IMG/VR virus record: IMGVR_UViG_2808606796_000002
Length of the DNA: 20,000 nucleotides
Reading direction: 5' to 3' (one strand)
Origin: an uncultured virus (IMG/VR IMGVR_UViG_2808606796_000002)
Lineage: Duplodnaviria > Heunggongvirae > Uroviricota > Caudoviricetes
The notes under the pieces were generated by a model, which saw nothing but the letters and a program-made list of their open reading frames with translations, made no database searches and was not told the origin of the DNA. Each line of letters opens with the position of its first letter. Within the stretch, counting starts at the first letter, position 1. Shown piece after piece: positions 17,708-20,000 of this stretch. The translations under genes were made by a program, and so were the position numbers.

Positions 17708-17733
17708 CATAAAAAAGAGATTTGATAAAACTT

Positions 17734-18576
17734 ATGCGAATTGAAAATGCGATCGCACCTGAGGTTCTTGAAAGGATTTTGTCTGCATATGGTTTTAAAA
17801 TGCAGAAGGAGCTTGCAGAAAAACTAGGTATTGCAAGTAGCAATGTAGGCAGCTGGATACAAAGAGGGCACGTTCCGGGAAATGTAATTGTCCAATGCGC
17901 TTTGGATACAGGCGCAGATGTGAATTGGATTGTGACCGGTGAGCTTGCAAAAGCAAGTTTAAGTCCGAGGGTTCAGGTAGGGCAAGGCAAAGCCTTATAT
18001 GAAGAGATCATGTCAAATGGTGGTAAACCAGTATTGCGTCGCATAATGGATGCATATGGATTTACCATGCAAAAGCAACTTTGTGATTTACTTGAAATAT
18101 CCTCGGGTACTGTAAGCACATGGGTAAGACGTGATTATTTCCCTGGTGATGTTGTTGTGGCTTGTGCTCTAGATACTGGAGTGTCACTGCAATGGTTAGC
18201 CACCGGGAAAGGTACGCAATACATTGAGAGTGCCGCTATACCTTGTGGCTCGTTAATTCCACGCAAGAACCTGGCAGCAGGTGTTCTGCATGATGCAGGG
18301 CAATGGAATATAGATTTAGGTTTTATATCTCACTCCATAGATGAGCCACTATTCTTATATAGCAGTGCTTCTACGTGGATAGTTGATTTAGGTGTGGTGG
18401 AAATTAGTAATGGTCGCTGGTTACTGGGAATTGATAATAAATATGATGTCTATGATGTCACACTTTTGCCTGGTAGGAAAATTACAGTTTCAAATAAAAC
18501 CTCAAACTTTACCTGTGGTGCTGAAGAAGTAACAACTACCGGTAAAGTGGTTCTAACTATGGAATATAATTTTTAG
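17734..18576 (+). CDS. cI: 186-type CI immunity repressor with two tandem HTH domains
   Basis: 280 aa from ATG 17734. It has two repeats (RILSAYGF...CALDTGADVNWIVTG and RIMDAYGF...CALDTGVSLQWLATG) followed by a 186-like oligomerisation CTD (GRWLLGID...GKVV). Confidence 0.92.
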   Translation: MRIENAIAPEVLERILSAYGFKMQKELAEKLGIASSNVGSWIQRGHVPGNVIVQCALDTGADVNWIVTGELAKASLSPRVQVGQGKALYEEIMSNGGKPVLRRIMDAYGFTMQKQLCDLLEISSGTVSTWVRRDYFPGDVVVACALDTGVSLQWLATGKGTQYIESAAIPCGSLIPRKNLAAGVLHDAGQWNIDLGFISHSIDEPLFLYSSASTWIVDLGVVEISNGRWLLGIDNKYDVYDVTLLPGRKITVSNKTSNFTCGAEEVTTTGKVVLTMEYNF

Positions 18577-18591
18577 AAAAAGGAGAATTTA

Positions 18592-19176
18592 ATGATATAT
18601 ACGTTTGCTCTTATTGGATTGATCAGTACTGTATGGGCTATACGCAGTATTTATTTGAAAGGAAATTGCAGCTATATTAATTTAGCAAAATCGTTATTCG
18701 CTATAATATATTTTACTGCTGCGGTTGTAATGGTGAAGGTTGACCCGCTTGTAACTATTGTTATGCTGTTGTTGGGATCTGCCATTGTTAGTCGTTCTAA
18801 CCAAATCTATAAGTCTCAAAACAGTGCAGGTAAAGATCTCTCCAATGAGCATAAATCTATATTAGTAGACATTGGTGCACCAAAAAGAATGACTTCTTTT
18901 AGCTCCTTACCTTCTAAAAATTTCACTTTGGGTATGGATGCAGGCGGTTTAAAAAATATTGCATTCAATTACGTCAATGCTAATGGTGAAAGTAGTTTTA
19001 GGGATGTCGATGTGAAGAAGTGTGATGGTAATTATATTGAAGGTTACTGTCATCTATCTCATAAATTTAAAACTTTCCGGATTGATCGTGTTGAGGGAGA
19101 TGTCATCCTGCGTGATACTGGTGAAATGATGAATGCCTACGATTGGGCCGATGAGTTAACATCACACAAGTTATAA
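18592..19176 (+). CDS. Membrane protein with a C-terminal WYL-like domain
   Basis: Three N-terminal hydrophobic segments; C-terminal IAFNYVNANGESSFRDV...YIEGYCHL...KTFRIDRV; AGGAG RBS; starts 15 nt after the cI stop. Confidence 0.78.
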   Translation: MIYTFALIGLISTVWAIRSIYLKGNCSYINLAKSLFAIIYFTAAVVMVKVDPLVTIVMLLLGSAIVSRSNQIYKSQNSAGKDLSNEHKSILVDIGAPKRMTSFSSLPSKNFTLGMDAGGLKNIAFNYVNANGESSFRDVDVKKCDGNYIEGYCHLSHKFKTFRIDRVEGDVILRDTGEMMNAYDWADELTSHKL

Positions 19177-19226
19177 TGTGATTACTAGTGTAACCATTAA
19201 AGTTCAACTTTTAAAAGCGCATAACA

Positions 19227-20000
19227 ATGTTAAACCAACACGTTTTAGAGTACTGCTCATCAATTTATGATTTCCTAAAAGGATTGCCTCTTTCACTCTT
19301 TGCTGCAACCTTTGCAATCTATTTTGCTTATATGAAAATTTCTAATAAAGTAGCATTTTCATATTCGGTAAGCTTTAGGGAAAGTGGCGATAAACTGACG
19401 GATTTTATATTAAAAAATCAGAGAGATAAAACATATAGTATTAAAAAAATACTTTGTAAGTTAAATGATGGTAACTTAATTATATTAAAAGATTTCCAGC
19501 CTCCGCTGTTACTTAAGCCCTTTGAAACAGCATTGGTAGAATTTGATGATGTAAGCATGTGGCTAGATAAGGAGGGTGTGAAATACCATCCCGACTATTC
19601 AGAGTTGTTTGAGATTACACTCCTTCTACATAGTGGAGGAAGTGTGAAATGCATTAATAAATATCACTCAGATTATAAAGAAGCTACAATATCACCATAC
19701 GTCTCAAGATTTGATGGATTAATCTTAACGCAAAATATGAAATTTGTTATGAAAGTGGTAACTGATAACAAAACTAAAGATTTAATAATTTATTCACATG
19801 GTTGGATTGAAGGTGATGCTTATTTTGGTGGTTATAATTGTTTGAATAAAGAGGATGTTTCTTTATATAGAATAGTTGAAATTATATCAGAAAAAAAATT
19901 TAATTTAAGCTGGGATTACTATGTTGTATTTGAGATAAATGATTTCCGCGTAAAAAAAGTTTACGATAGCAGATGCCAGGTCGAACTTAGTAATACCTAA
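19227..20000 (+). CDS. Unknown AT-rich protein with one N-terminal TM helix
   Basis: 257 aa and complete (TAA at 19998-20000). GLPLSLFAATFAIYFAYM is followed by beta-strand-like sequence. No family recognised. Confidence 0.7.
   Translation: MLNQHVLEYCSSIYDFLKGLPLSLFAATFAIYFAYMKISNKVAFSYSVSFRESGDKLTDFILKNQRDKTYSIKKILCKLNDGNLIILKDFQPPLLLKPFETALVEFDDVSMWLDKEGVKYHPDYSELFEITLLLHSGGSVKCINKYHSDYKEATISPYVSRFDGLILTQNMKFVMKVVTDNKTKDLIIYSHGWIEGDAYFGGYNCLNKEDVSLYRIVEIISEKKFNLSWDYYVVFEINDFRVKKVYDSRCQVELSNT

Noticed and set aside
17621..17733. pL (lysogenic) promoter
   Set aside because: One is expected by analogy with 186, but no convincing -35/-10 pair was found on the plus strand.
1..20000. CRISPR array, tRNA, IS element, integrase/att site, retron or DGR
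   Set aside because: I saw no spaced repeats, cloverleaf, transposase, recombinase or reverse transcriptase. The integrase probably lies beyond the right edge.

Overview
The whole window is the middle of a P2-family prophage organised like coliphage 186. From left to right it contains: the baseplate/tail genes (I partial, J, W, V, S, R, X); the lysis cassette (holin, SAR endolysin, i- and o-spanin); the head/packaging genes (L, M, N, O, then the divergent P, Q); a 19-bp cos site; a LexA-boxed tum-like antirepressor; gpA with its internal ori; the early genes; and the cII-apl-cI switch. No integrase or att site lies inside the window. Three AT-rich cargo loci interrupt the GC-rich backbone: a Zn-HNH nuclease between S and V, a TIR/SEFIR plus winged-helix protein between portal and cos, and two membrane proteins directly behind cI, one carrying a WYL-like domain. 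All three are candidate anti-phage systems. The CI repressor has two tandem HTH domains, and a matching set of candidate operators can be read from the DNA. The endolysin carries a 1-nt frameshift just after its SAR domain. All family assignments come from recalled motifs and synteny; no database search was run.
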